A stretch of DNA of 64,000 nucleotides from NCBI GenBank assembly GCA_013239625.1, contig MU054338.1, positions 4,750,724-4,814,723 of the forward strand, in the 5' to 3' direction. Shown here in pieces: positions 40,892 to 52,959 of the stretch. The notes beneath the pieces are model-generated. The model was not told the origin of the DNA, made no database searches, and saw only the letters and a program-made list of their open reading frames with translations. Every line of letters starts with the position of its first letter. Within the stretch, counting starts at the first letter, position 1. This stretch comes from Lama guanicoe (Eukaryota). The position numbers and the translations under genes are program-made.

Positions 40892-41286
40892 TGTCCTGGT
40901 CAGCTCGGGCCGCTATATAACAAGATACCGTGGCTGGCTTCAGCAACAGATGTTTATTTCTTACAGCTCTGAGGCTGGACGCCCAAGATCAAGGTAGGCA
41001 GCATGGTCAGTTTCTACCGAGAGCTCCCTTCTCGGCTCGCAGGCGGCCACCTCCCTGTGTCCTCGTGTGGCCTTTCCTTGGCGCGTGCATGCCGAAGGGA
41101 GAGAGCTTTCTCCTTCTCCTTCTTCTTTTAATGCCGCCAGTCCTATCAGTTTAGGGCCCTCCTCTTATGATCTTGCTTAACCTTCACTACCTCCTAAAAG
41201 CTCTCTCTCCAAACATAGTGACACACGAGGGTTAAGGTTTCAACACGTGAATAGGGAGGAGGGAGGTGGCAATTCAGACCACAGCA
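40892..41286 (-). mobile_element. MLT1 solo LTR
   Basis: caacagatgtttatttcttacagctctgaggctgg...ccaagatcaagg...aattcagaccacagca. Confidence 0.78.
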
Positions 41287-43354
41287 GTTCTTTTCCAGCC
41301 AAACCCTTCTGCTCGTAACTTCAAGCCATCCCATCCTCTCCAGGACTTGGCCCCTCTGGGCTAGACTTTGCTTCCTGCTTTGGACAAACATGTGTCAAGC
41401 CCTTCTCTGACCCACACTTAGAGTGCAGTTTCGCTGATCCACACAGTCCATGTTTCCCTGGAACGCACCTCCAACGGGCAGGCCGATGTCTACGGGGACC
41501 CAGACAGATACTCGCGGTCTGTGCTGACAGGGAAGGAGAATGGGATGGGCGATGGAGCAGAGAGGGGAGGAAGGAGGCCTCTGACCTGGTTCTGTGAGGA
41601 AGAAGCAGGTGTCCATGGGTGAGAAGGGGGAAGAAGGGTGCTTGGGGCACAGGAAGCCAAAGCAAGCACGCGAAGAACAGGAAAGCCCAAGGAACTGCAG
41701 CCCCGAGCTTGGGGAAGTGAGATGCGCACCCCACCGCTGGGGCCGGGCTCAGCTGCCGGGGGGTGGGGTGGATTTAGCTGGCAGCTGCAGGAGGACAGAA
41801 GCAGGAAATAGAAAAATCTCTCTGGCAGCAGGGAGGAGAAGGTTCTGGATGGGACCCACTGGAACCACCTCTACGGCGTGGTCTAGGGGCCTATCGTGGG
41901 GGTGGGCACAAGAGAACAGGTGAGACCACAGAGATACTAGGGAATGAGCATCCACGGGATGTGGTCCCCAGGGACGTAGAGGAGCAGGGGGAGAAGTGAG
42001 GGACCACCGCTAACGGACTTGGAGATGACGAGGTAGGACCAGTGTAGGGTGGCGAGGACAACAGGCTCAATTTGGGGCACACTGAGTCCGTGGAGGCTCT
42101 GCGATGTTCCCGATGTGGGTCCAGCGGGCGTTGGGAAGATGTGGGTCTGGAGCTTGGGAAGAGGGGCAGATGCTGACAGAAGTGAAGACAGCGGGTGATA
42201 TAACCAGGAGGGGCCAGGGCAACTGAGACGAGAAGAGGATGGAAGGTGGTGGGGAGGGGTTGGGGGCGCCTGGAGAGCACAATATTTCAGGACAAGGAAC
42301 TAGAGAGAAGACCAAAGACGCACAGCTACCCTGACACCGACACCTTCTACAAGCCTGTCTAAAAGTTCTGGAACATCTAGGCTAATTCTTCCAGTCAATG
42401 TCCCAAGGATATCACACATCCAACCACAGGATCCTAAGGGGCTTCCATGCCATTTCAGGAATCCTACCTCCTCATGGCTACAGATAAGGACGAACAGCGC
42501 CACAGAAGACACAGGAAAGAAAACCAAGAGAGGTCTTGCAAGGTCAAAAAAAGTAGCAAATGTCTTTGATACAATGTAACTGGATATAATTAGGAAGGAT
42601 CATCCGTGAGAACTCATCCCTTTTCTAATCTTCTGCAAGGAAACAGGATCCATCTTTGAAAACAGACGAACAACAAGAAATCACAGAAAGGCCATCAGAA
42701 AACAGGTAGGGCTCTGCCCTCTTTACGCCTTTGTGTCCAACCACCACCTTCTTCTGCACTATTAACAAACACAGCTTTTTGGAAAGTACCTATGTTTTCC
42801 ACGTTCCGTCAAAGGCAAAGCAGAGGAGCGAGAAGCTCCTGGTAGCAGGCTGCTATTCCTAAACACAGACCAGAAGCTACCATATAAACCTGCTGTGACA
42901 CCATACCCTTATGGAATTGGAAGAAAACCCCAGATTTGAAATCAGATTTTAATCCTCACCAGTCTGCCTTGAACTCCAACTGGAACTCATATCCAGTCTG
43001 CATTTGGCAACACAGAACACCAAAGCTTGCTCTACTGGAAACAAAATATGCTTCTAAAACCCCTGAAAGCCATGGGGCACTTTCCAGCACCAGGGTCAAT
43101 AGAACACAGGAGACCCACCGCCTCCTTGAAGCCAGGCCAGGCACTTTGTGCCGTCTCGTGAAATTGCCACAAAGTAACCAAGTATTTGTGCCCAGATGAA
43201 AATCTGACTATGCATGGGGACCATGCTAAACGGCAAAACCACCACCAGAAAGCATATAAAATATGCAAAACCTGGCACTAAATACATTGCCAAAGAGGAT
43301 ACTTGCTTTAATCCTTGGGGATGGTATGAATCCACATTGGAGACCGTATGAATC

Positions 43355-43555
43355 CTGCTTGTAGCAGAAAGGCAGGGTGTCACCTTATTTGATCTGAGCT
43401 GGAACATGTGTGTCAGGTGATCCTAAGTCTTTGCCACTCGGTGCATGTCCAGGAATGACCACTAAAGCGCTGAATACTGATGGTGGAGTTACAAATACAT
43501 TTTAGCGAATAGGCGAAGTCACAAACATGGAATCCGGGAATAGTAAGAAACGTAT
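43355..43555 (-). mobile_element. MER82-like Tigger fragment
   Basis: gttacaaatacattttagcgaataggcgaagtcacaaacatggaatcc. Confidence 0.55.
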
Positions 43556-44219
43556 GAGCACTGAAATTTACATTTTTTAAATTTTAAGAATACTGATCCA
43601 ATGCTAAGATACTTCTTGAAGCCTAGAGCAAACTACAGGGATGGACAAGGATCAGCGTTGCCGGGGTTGCCGGGGTTCGAGGTGGGGATGGTGTCATAAT
43701 AAGGGGGTGGCTGGAAGGAGTTTGGGTGGTGATGGATGGGAACTCTCCTGCATCCTGGCTGTGGGGACCACCACCCAACTCTGCTGGGGGCTGAAATGCA
43801 AAAACTGTGCACCCAAAAAAAGGCAACTTTACTGTGTGATCATTTTCGAAAAAAAAAAAGTTTAAAGACACACACCAAACTGGTAGCATAGTCACCTCCC
43901 AGGACAGAAATGTAATGGTTTTAGGGACAAAGTGTTGAAGGAGGACTTTTGTTTTTTTCCTCTCTATACTATTGTAAATTTTTTGCAATGAGAGTGCATT
44001 ACCTTTTTTTTTCTTTTTTAATTTAAAAGCCATAAACACAGTCCGACTGCAAAACAGAAACCAAGCCACCCTCAGGTTCTCAACAGAAATTAACATAAGG
44101 GGTCTCAGGAGAGCATTTCATAGCAGACACCACTTTCTTTTGGTACCAGAGGCAGAGCCGATAGCACGGAATCCTCATTCAATGCCAAGAGGATGGTTTA
44201 AATAAATAAATCCTACGAT

Positions 44220-44256
44220 CACACACACACACACGCATACACACACGCACACACAC
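44220..44256. repeat. Imperfect (CA)n microsatellite
   Basis: Directly visible. Confidence 0.9.
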
Positions 44257-44451
44257 CTAGGGAGGGAGCATCACTGTTACCTTCTCACCATCGGAGCCCA
44301 TATGTTCAGCACGGCACGTGCTGCAGCTCGCTCTGTAAGGGGAAGACACAGCATCCCTGGGCCGTTCCTTCAACTCGGTTCATTCGAAGTTGTACAGGAC
44401 TACATGGGCCATTAGGCACGTCATCATGACCCTCAAGGAGTTTGTTCTGAA

Positions 44452-44645
44452 CCAGGAGTCGGCAGACCTTCTCTGGAAAGGGCCCAAGTGTCAATATTGT
44501 TGGGAGCCACACGATTGCAACTCTTCAGCTCTGCCATCAGGCACAAAAGCCGCCACAGAGGATGCATGAATGGTAGGGCATGGCTGTGTGCCAGCAAAAC
44601 TTTATTTACAAAAACAGGTGTGGGCGGGCAGGACTGGGCCCCTGT
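44452..44645 (+). mobile_element. MER58A
   Basis: caggagtcggcagacc...ggctgtgtgccagcaaaactttatttacaaaaacagg. Confidence 0.75.
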
Positions 44646-45197
44646 TCTAGATAAAGACGGTTGGCTGCATATCAATTAAAAAGGAAGTGAGAGAGAATCA
44701 GAGGAGGGAATGGCCCTCTATGCGGAGGGGGCGAATATCTTAGCCCAGGAAAGGAGCAGAGGAACAGAAGAGAGAGGCTGGGGAAAGCCAGGCGCAGGGG
44801 ACAACACACCGGGAGGCTCCCCTCCCAGTGGGAGGCCATGGGGAGTGGCAAACCCAGAGAAGTCAACTGGGGCGAGGCTGCAACTGGGAGGTGAGGGATG
44901 GCTTCTCTAGAGCCATCAGGGAAGTGATGGAGACACAAGCCAGATGCTGTGGGCAGAGCAGCGGGTAAAAGGTGCCAGAGCAAGGGTGGTGGGGGCCTTG
45001 GAGGCCGGGGGCAGGCTTGGCAGGGGACAGCGAGAGGTAGGTAGTGAATAATAGGTTCAGGGGAGTATTGAGTATTTATGGGCTGAAAAGAATAAGGCTC
45101 CTGGGTGGATGGAGATCCCTGAACAAACAGAGGGGAGAGAGCAGGGGATCCGGGTGGGTAAGTGTCCTAGACAAGGAAATAGTTATCTCCCCAAATG

Positions 45198-45410
45198 CAG
45201 TGGTTCTCAAGTCAAGATGGTTGGCAAGGTCTGAAGACACTTTAGGTTATGATGATTTGGAACGGGGAGGTGGCATCTAGTGAGCAGAGACCAGGGATGG
45301 TGCTCAACATCCCACAATACACAGGACCGCTCTCCGCCACCCCCTGCTTCCCGCCACCAAGAACTATCCAACCCCAAATGGCAAGGACACAGAAGCGGAG
45401 AGGTTCTGCC
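45198..45410 (+). mobile_element. MER20
   Basis: cagtggttctcaa...tggcatctagtgagcagagaccagggatggtgctcaacatcccacaatacacaggac. Confidence 0.72.
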
Positions 45411-46285
45411 CTAACCAAGTAAGAATGGAAGTCACTGATGGAGTGGGGTGAGGAGGGGACCCCAGGGGGACTCACCCCAGTGACCTTTATGAGTGAGTGG
45501 GGCAGGGATGAGAGGCAGGTCTCCAGTACAGAAGCAAAGACAAGGACTGGACTAACCCCAGGGAGGTGACCGAGCGAGCAGAAGCTGTGCTCTGAGGGTC
45601 CCGGTTCTCGTGCCAACCTCGAGAAATGAGGGGGGTTCTGGGAACATCTCACACCTCAACTAACCAACGCACTGGATGGCCCCCGCCAAAGCCCGGTCAG
45701 TTTTCACTTTACTTAATCCCCACTTTGCCTTCATTCTCTGCAATGCCCCGGGGAGTCTCCGGCCAGAGGCAGTCGACCGGAGCAGGAGCGGAGGAGGAAG
45801 CCATTGCCCAGGTCAGCAAAGCAACAGATCCCCCACGGGAGGATGAAGCCGGGCGGCCCATCCACACGACATCTCCGAGAGAGTCCTCATTCCTTAAAAC
45901 TTCCCACTGATTTCCCTCCATCCCCTGTCCCCCACCCCTGCCCAGCGCAAAATGCCAAACTGCTTGATACTGGAGATGAACGGTGTGTAGAGTTTCTCAC
46001 CCCTCCCCAGAGCCCCAGAGGCATCACGTGTTATTCGTTGGGTAGTATTTTCTTAACCTTTCCCACAGGACTGGGGTGGGGGAGGCTCGGGTCCAAAAGA
46101 AGATCCTTTTATTAAGAAACCGGTGCTCCACAGCCAAACTGAGGTCCTAATCTCAGCTCTGCTGCCTCGCTGAATTTCCTCACCTTCGAAAGGGATGATA
46201 AACTTCACCTCAGAGTGCTGTGATGAGGATTAACTGAGGTCATCTACGCACAGTGTGTAGAACAGCGCCCGCTGAGTGCTCGCTC

Positions 46286-46425
46286 TTATTTTGTTTGTTT
46301 ATTGGGGGCAGGGCGACTAGGTCTACTTATTTATTTACACATTTATTTCGTGGAGGTGCTGGGGACTGAACCCAGGACCTCATGCATGCTAAGCAAGTGC
46401 TCTACCACTGAGCCATATACCCCTC
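46286..46425 (-). mobile_element. tRNA-derived SINE (vic-1-like)
   Basis: Reverse complement of the same head (ggggactgaacccagg...tctaccactgagc) with T-rich tail on the left. Confidence 0.8.
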
Positions 46426-47344
46426 TGGTTAGTTAGGAATTATCTTGAGAATAAAGGATCCGTGGCTTGGTGAACTAGTGAGAACAGGAAGGATAGGTGT
46501 TGACTTAAGAACAAATATTTATCAAACACCTAGTAGGTGTCAGTCACTGTTCTAGATTCTGGAAATGTAGCAGTGAAAGAAAGAAACATAAGCCTCCACC
46601 CTTGTGGAAACTGTAAACATGTATGAAGTTGTAAATCCATCTACTGACCCCCAAAAGCCCAGGCACAAATCCACAATTAATTACCAAAGCTGCAAGGAAC
46701 AGAAGAGCAGGGAACCACACGTACACATGGGTGTGCGCACACACAGAGGCAAAGCATGACATTGGTCTAACTGGTCTGGGGTATTCTTAAGAACCTCAAC
46801 CAACTGCCACCCTGCCTTCACGGAGCACCCATTGTATACCAGGCACCTGGAGACATTGCCTAGCTGGCAGAGATGCTCAGCAAACCCAGTTTGTCAACTC
46901 ACAACCCTCTGTGTACTTTCTCACACACCTCAATCACCATCAGCAAACTCAGGAACTTTTCTTTCCCTCCCTGACCCATTCCTCATCACAACTGATTTCC
47001 TTTTATGGAGAAATCTGAAGTCACCCAACAGATATTTTTTAAGTAGGGTCTCAGCCATCATGGTGGGAAACCCCAACTACATTCCCTTAAACGATTCTTC
47101 AGTCCCTGACCCACAGCCAGAAAGACGTGCTGTCAACCCCAAGAAGGATGCTAGGGTTTGCCTGGGTCTGCTGCCAGTGCAGAGACGCCCAAGAGGGAGG
47201 CCCCACCAGGGCTAGGGGCTGGGAGAGGCTGACCACGGGCTGGAGACCCCTGGGGGCTGACAGGTGAAACTGCGGAATGGAGCAGGGAGGTTATCAAGGA
47301 GACATGGGGTGTGGGCAGCAGTCCAGAGCCTCGAGCCCGCGCCA

Positions 47345-47500
47345 CACACAGAGAGGTTCAAGTCCTCCCTGCGGCACTGACTTTGGGGTAAGTGAGTTAC
47401 GTATCCTCCCTGAGCCTCAGTTTACTCCTCTATGAAATGGATGAACAACGGTATCCGCCTCCAGGCGCCGCTGCAAAGGTACGGAGAAATAAGACTGACT
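47345..47500. mobile_element. MIR (one of many; others near 2400-2550, 5040-5140, 11450-11585, 17330-17550, 20680-20780, 26560-26710, 46140-46280)
   Basis: MIR core ctgagcctcagtttactcctctatgaaatgg. Confidence 0.7.
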
Positions 47501-47507
47501 AGCCTGT

Positions 47508-47610
47508 AGCCTGGGGCGGGGCGGGGGGGAGCCCCAGATGCCCGCGCCAGCAAGACGAAGCCCGTCTTTAACGTTTTGCTATTTTGTTCATCGTGGACTT
47601 CGGAGGATTC
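47508..47610 (+). repeat. Direct repeat copy A (intron 1 copy of a promoter segment)
   Basis: Core 47533-47610 matches 49015-49092 at 72/78 nt without gaps; both copies are preceded by agcctgggg + G-tracts. Confidence 0.92.
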
Positions 47611-48269
47611 AACCTAAAGCCCGCAGTTACTACCGCTACAACTGTGCTGTCGCCAAGGCGCTAGAGTTTGCCTCTGGACATCTGGAAACAGAACCCAAAA
47701 GTGTAAACACGGACCTGAAGTCAGAAGCAGCCAAGGGGCTAGATACCAGGAGGGGAGGGGCGGAGTCTACAGTTCCCCGCCCCGGGCTGCGACACCCACC
47801 AGCTGGGACCCCCCAGGCGACCTCCAGTCCGTCTCCCTCGACTCTGGCTCCAAACTGTGTGCACCTCAGGCATTTGGCTGTCCGAGGCTGTCCAGTGACC
47901 CCGCTTCTCGGAGACGACCCAAAGAGGACGCGTGTCGCGTCTCCGGAGCCAGCTGGGCTGGGAGAGGTCCAGGCACGGGTCCGAGGCGCGCTCGGGAGAG
48001 GCGCCCGCCGTGAGGCGGGCACTGGGGCAAGGTTCCTCCAGCCCGGGGCCCGCACGCGGGGCGTGGAGCCGCGAGCCCAGGCGGGCAAAGGCCAAGGTCA
48101 GCGGCTTCCCGCCACCCCGCGGGGCTGGAGCGACCGTCCCGGTCACCCGCCCCCTCCCCCCCAACCCCCACCGAGGAGGGTTCTCAGTCCACGGCGGGGG
48201 TTCCATTTTGGCAAGCGGTCCCCTCCCCACCGCGCTGTTCCCCGCCCACTCCCGCGCCCCCAGACTCAC

Positions 48270-48369
48270 CCTCTCCAGGGTACAGGTGGCCCGCGGCGCC
48301 CACCAGCAGCGCGGCAACGGCCACCAGCAGTGGCACGGCCGCCGCCCCCCGCCCGCCCCCGGCGCCCAT
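48270..48369 (-). CDS. INSR: Insulin receptor, coding exon 1 (signal peptide + first mature residues HLYPGE)
   Basis: ATG at 48369 in strong context (gcagccATGG). Encodes [33 protein letters not shown], matching the INSR signal peptide and mature N-terminus. 100 nt followed by donor G|GTGAGT at 48269; lies inside a CpG island. Confidence 0.97.
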
Positions 48370-48397
48370 GGCTGCGGGAGCGCGGGGCCCCGGAGGA

Positions 48398-48430
48398 TCA
48401 GAGCGCGCGGCGCCGGCCCGCTGGGGACAT
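48398..48430 (-). other. Upstream ORF in INSR 5' UTR ([10 protein letters not shown])
   Basis: ATG TCC CCA GCG GGC CGG CGC CGC GCG CTC TGA; stops 28 nt before the main ATG; the only upstream ATG seen in 48370-48900. Confidence 0.7.
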
Positions 48431-48813
48431 GCTCCACGGCGGCCGCCCGGGAGGCGCTGGGGGCCGCGCGTCCTTCTCGTCCACGCCGGCGGCCCGCGGG
48501 CCGCAGCCTCCGCCCGGGAGAGCCCTTGGAGCAGCCTCGGGAGGGGCGCGCGGCCTCGGCCGCTACAGATCGGGCGGCGCGGCCGCGGGGAGGCGGCCCC
48601 GACTCCGAGCCACTGAGGCCCGGGCCCCGTCCCGCGATCTCAGCAGGGCCCGGAGCCCCGCGCTGAGCCCCTGTCTCCCGGCTCTCGGCCCCGAGCGCTC
48701 GGGGGCCGCGGGCGTCGGACGGGCGAACAAACGGACGCGCGGATAAACGGACGTGCGGCCAGGCGGGCGGGCACCTGGCCTGGCGGGCGGCGGGAGCGAG
48801 GGCTGCTCGGCCC

Positions 48814-48821
48814 GTAAACAA
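48814..48821 (-). promoter_or_regulatory. FOXO-binding element TTGTTTAC (DBE consensus)
   Basis: Perfect GTAAACAA on + strand ~445 bp upstream of the ATG, an AT-rich octamer inside GC-rich sequence. INSR is a known FOXO1 feedback target. Confidence 0.65.
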
Positions 48822-48991
48822 CGCGGCCCGTCAGCTGGGCCCCGTGCGGGCCGCGGGAAAAGGCGGCGCGGATCCCGACTCGGAAGGGACTCGGCGCCCG
48901 GGAGACCCCGGAGAGGGGCGGAGGGAGGGACCGCGCTGGAGGCCCCCAGGCTCCCCAGATCCCTGCCCGGCCCCAGCGCCTCCCGTCTCCG

Positions 48992-49092
48992 AGCCTGGGG
49001 GGAGGGGAGGGGGGCCCAGATGCCCGCGCCAGCAAGACGGAGCCCGTCTTTAACGTTTTGTTATTTCGTTCCTAGAGGACTTCGGAGGATTC
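48992..49092 (+). repeat. Direct repeat copy B (promoter copy)
   Basis: See copy A; offset 1482 bp. Confidence 0.92.
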
Positions 49093-50620
49093 GTTTTTAT
49101 TTTTTTTAATATTGCGTTAAAATACTGCTTATCTTGGTTGCTCGGTTTTTTGATACTCCCTTAAATGTTGATCTCGCCTCACCCTCGTCCCAGTCCTGCC
49201 AGCGAGTGTCGTCCTGGAGCGCGCGGGCGCCCCAGAGGTCCGGCCCCGAGCGCGCCCCGCCCAGCGCCAGGCCCCTGGGGACAGCCACGTGCACGCGCGC
49301 CCCGCGCGCCCGGCGTTCTCCGTGGCCGGGGCCCCTCCGCTCGGCTCAGGTTAGAGAAACGACACTGGGGAGAATGCACGCCAGGCGCAGGGGACGCTGG
49401 GGTACAGCGCAGGTGGGCACAGCCAGGTTTCAACCCGCAGCCCCAGAGTCCACGTGTGTTAGAGTGTCCAGCAAATGCCATTCACGGATAGGACATGACA
49501 ATGGTCAGCCGGCCTTGCTGAAGAAGGACGAGGGGCCTCAAGGACAGGAAAGCCAGAACCCAGTGGGAAACTGGTTCCTTCACCCTTCACTTCCTGGGTG
49601 ACCTTGAAGGAGTACTGTTACTGTCGCTGGGTTGGCCTCACCCGTGTGATGCTAATAACACCTGCGTGCGGGATCTGGGGGAGCTGCAGGGGAAATAAAG
49701 CCTGAGAAAGCACCCAGCACAAGTCTGGCTGAAGGCATTCATTCCTCCTCTATTAAACAAAGGTTTGTTGGCCTGGAGCTGGGCCCACTGTTCTTCCGAC
49801 CCAAACCTATCCCTGCCTCCTGGCCTTTCCCTGGGCTGTTCCCCCAGGCCATCTTTCCAGCGCCTGGCTCCACCTCTCTGTTCCAATAAGCCACCCCTGA
49901 CCACCCTTTGCAAATGCTCCCCTTCCCCTCCTTCCTTGGTGCCAGTCCCTGTTTCTACATCACGCCAGTGTCTCTATCTGAAATTTGGAGTTATTTTGTG
50001 TGTGTCTTTGTCCCTTCCCAGGAAGGCAGAAATCTTGTCAGTCTTGTTCACAATTTTACACCCCGGTGCCTGACATATCCGTGGCTTAATAAATATTTGT
50101 TGAATGGAAGGATCAACATGCAGTAATGGGGATTTGCAGTGAGCAAAATAAACACGATCTATTTCCTTGTAGACTTCACAGTCTAGTGGGAGAGAGTGCT
50201 AGTAATTAAACATCGTACATGTTGTAAGCTGAGGGGGGGGGAGGGAGGGAAGGAGGCTCCAAAGAAGTGATTTTGAACAGAAATCTGAAGATGAGGAGGA
50301 GCTGGCCAAGGGAAACATCACAGAAGTGTTCCCGGTAGAGGGAACAGCACGTGCAAAGGCCCAGAGGACAGGCTGGCGTTCTCACAAATGAATCAGGCAC
50401 TGTAGCCAGAGCACGGGCAAAGAAGAGGGGAAGCTGGGCTCATAGGCAGGACTAGAAGGGGTAGGACATCGGATACACGATGTGAAAGGTTCTCCCCACC
50501 CCTGCTTTTATCCTAAAAGCAACAGAGAGGCAACAGAGGGTTTAGACAAAAGTGCCAACATAATCGGATTTCCTTTCCAATGTATCTCGGTCAAAAATGG
50601 AGCAAGAATGGACCCAAGGA

Positions 50621-50756
50621 AGGGGAGAGGGTATAGCTCAAGTGGCAGAGTACATGCTCATGCATGAGATCTGGGAATCCCCAGTGCCTCCTCTAAAATA
50701 AATAAATAAACCTAATTACCTCCCCCCTCCAAAAAATCATTAAAAAAAAAAAAAAA
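50621..50756 (+). mobile_element. tRNA-derived SINE (vic-1-like) with target-site duplication
   Basis: Head ggggagagggtatagctcaagtgg, poly-A tail; TSD aagaatgga(c/t)ccaagga at 50604-50620 and 50755-50771. Confidence 0.85.
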
Positions 50757-52822
50757 GAATGGATCCAAGGAGAATGAATAGGAGGAAGTTGCAGTCCCAG
50801 GGTTTCAAGAATTGTGGATTAGGTAAATGTTCCCCTTCCTTCTTGAGCTTCCCTCTAATGCACCAGAGTCCCCACAATTCCAGACAGGCAGCCCACACTG
50901 AAATTCCAGGCCACATGCTGCCCTCTGGAAATCCTTCTGCACGCAGGACTTCCATGCTGGATGTGAAGTCAGAAGAAGCATTCAGTTGGGACTTGCTGGG
51001 AGAAGACTAAGACACCACCACTTCCTACAAATACTCACTGTTTCTTTTGTGAATGCCCCTCCTTCCCCCCTACTCCCCAAGACCCCAAGCATCTAAACAC
51101 TGAAAGTCAACCTCTGCCTTTTATTAAAATCATGAGAATGGAAGTAAAACACCACCATTCGCTAAAATCCAAAACAACTGCCTCCTGCACGAACCACCAT
51201 GTATGCTAAAATGAACAGTTGGAGGTTTGAGAAGTAACACGATATTTCCACGGTCTCCAAGTACCTCTGCACAGGACACTTGCCAATAATGAAAGAAAGG
51301 ATAAACAGTAGCTTCATAGAGGAGAGACCTGGCAGGCATTACCCTAACTCAGCGATCAGAGTTGTTCCTGGATTTTCTTTTGGAGCTGCACACTGAATGA
51401 TCAGCGTAGGGGTTAAAAAGCTTAATATCTGCAACGTACTCTCAAATGGTTCAGAAAAAAAAGAGACAGAAAGAGAGAACAAAGCAGATTGATAGAAAGT
51501 GTGAGGAAGTCGGTAAATTCGGTTACAGGTGGGCATGCAAGGACTGGCTGTACCATTGATGCAGCTTTTCTGGAGGTCTGACATCAGGTCAAAATAGAAA
51601 GTTTTAAAGTTTTGATAAACTGTTTGGGACTTTTTGTTTGGCTTTGTTTCCTTCGTATTAACGTTTTAAACACACTACTTGGAAGGCGTGGTCTAAAGAG
51701 AGAGATCGTTTCACAGCTCATGCATATAAGCACCAAGCACTGCTCTCCTTCTGTTTTTACCAAGGAGGGTTTGGGGGGCCCCCACCACCACCCTGCTGGG
51801 GTCTCCCTTTAACAGGGCCCTTCAGTGCAGTCTCCCTCAATCTAGCTGTTTTCTGTTACATTAAAGCAGGAAACCAAATATAAATCCTGATTCCCTTGTT
51901 GTCACAGAAACTTGCTTTAATACATTACGTTTAGGAGGGGGAGGGGGCGTGGGGGGACTATGGACTGATTGCACTTGTGAATAGTAGTGCGAAAACCCAG
52001 CAGCAAGGATTTACTACAAGAACCAGGCAGAAGATGAAAACAACACGACACTTCTACCAGGATCAGGTTGGAACGTGAGCCAGGAAAGCGAAGATGGTTC
52101 AGTGCTAGGGAACTTAAGTCATTAAGATCGCAGCACTCGTAGGTCCAGAAAGAGGAGGTGCACGGGCATCTCCATGCTGCTAAAAATGTACTTGATGAAT
52201 TCCACAGCCATTCAAAAATGAAACTATACACCCCTACGATGTGGAAATTGTGCTTCACCCTTGCAAAGCGGGGAACGTCTCTTTAAGCAAGACACAGATC
52301 CCAAATCTAAAATCTAAAAATAACTGAGTTGACTATGTCAAAATTATGCTGGATGAATAGCAAAAGAAAGCGTACATGAAGACAACCGTCAGATTTTTTA
52401 AAGTGAGAAAAATATATGCAACTTAAGTGACAGATAAAGAGCACTGTGTTATATGATGTTACAGAACATATAATACATAATATTAATTTTTTTCAGCGAG
52501 AAAAAAACACACCAAACTCTTGTTTGCCAAAATTAAAATGGCAATAGACATGAATCGGCCACTCATAGAAACAGATCACTGACAAGGGGAAAAACAAACA
52601 AAAAAAAGAATGCAAAAAGTGGTCAAATGTATAAAAGGATGTTCAGCCTTCCTCAGTTAGAGAAGTGCCTGTGTCATTTTAACTGAGTTTGCCAACAATC
52701 AGGAAAACAGGAAACCCAATCTAAAGGATTGTGAAAATACATCCATACATTCAATACATTGTGAGAACACTCGGATACGTGAGTTCGACCAATTGTGGGG
52801 GGGAGCAAGCAATTTGGCAATA

Positions 52823-52959
52823 ATTTTCTTTTTTTTAAAATTTTTTAGGGGGAGGTAACTGGGTTTATTTATTTTTATTTATTAACAGAGGTACTGGGGA
52901 CTGAACCCAGAACCCCGCGCCTGCTAAGCACACGCTTTACCGCTGCGCTGTTCCCTCCC
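52823..52959 (-). mobile_element. tRNA-derived SINE (vic-1-like)
   Basis: gaggtactggggactgaacccag...ctgctaagca reverse-strand head, T-rich tail. Confidence 0.78.

Larger units (their letters stand above)
47720..49480. promoter_or_regulatory. INSR: CpG island / TATA-less INSR promoter and GC-rich 5' UTR
   Basis: Very high GC and CpG density around exon 1; GGGCGG boxes (~48765, ~48785, ~48916); CACGTG E-boxes at 49286 and 49451; AT-rich block at ~49050-49170. Boundaries are by eye. Confidence 0.9.

Noticed and set aside
47538..48821. Long 402-, 360- and 244-aa ORFs over the CpG island
   Set aside because: Pro/Arg/Gly/Ala-rich products expected from stop-poor GC-rich DNA; no domain evidence.
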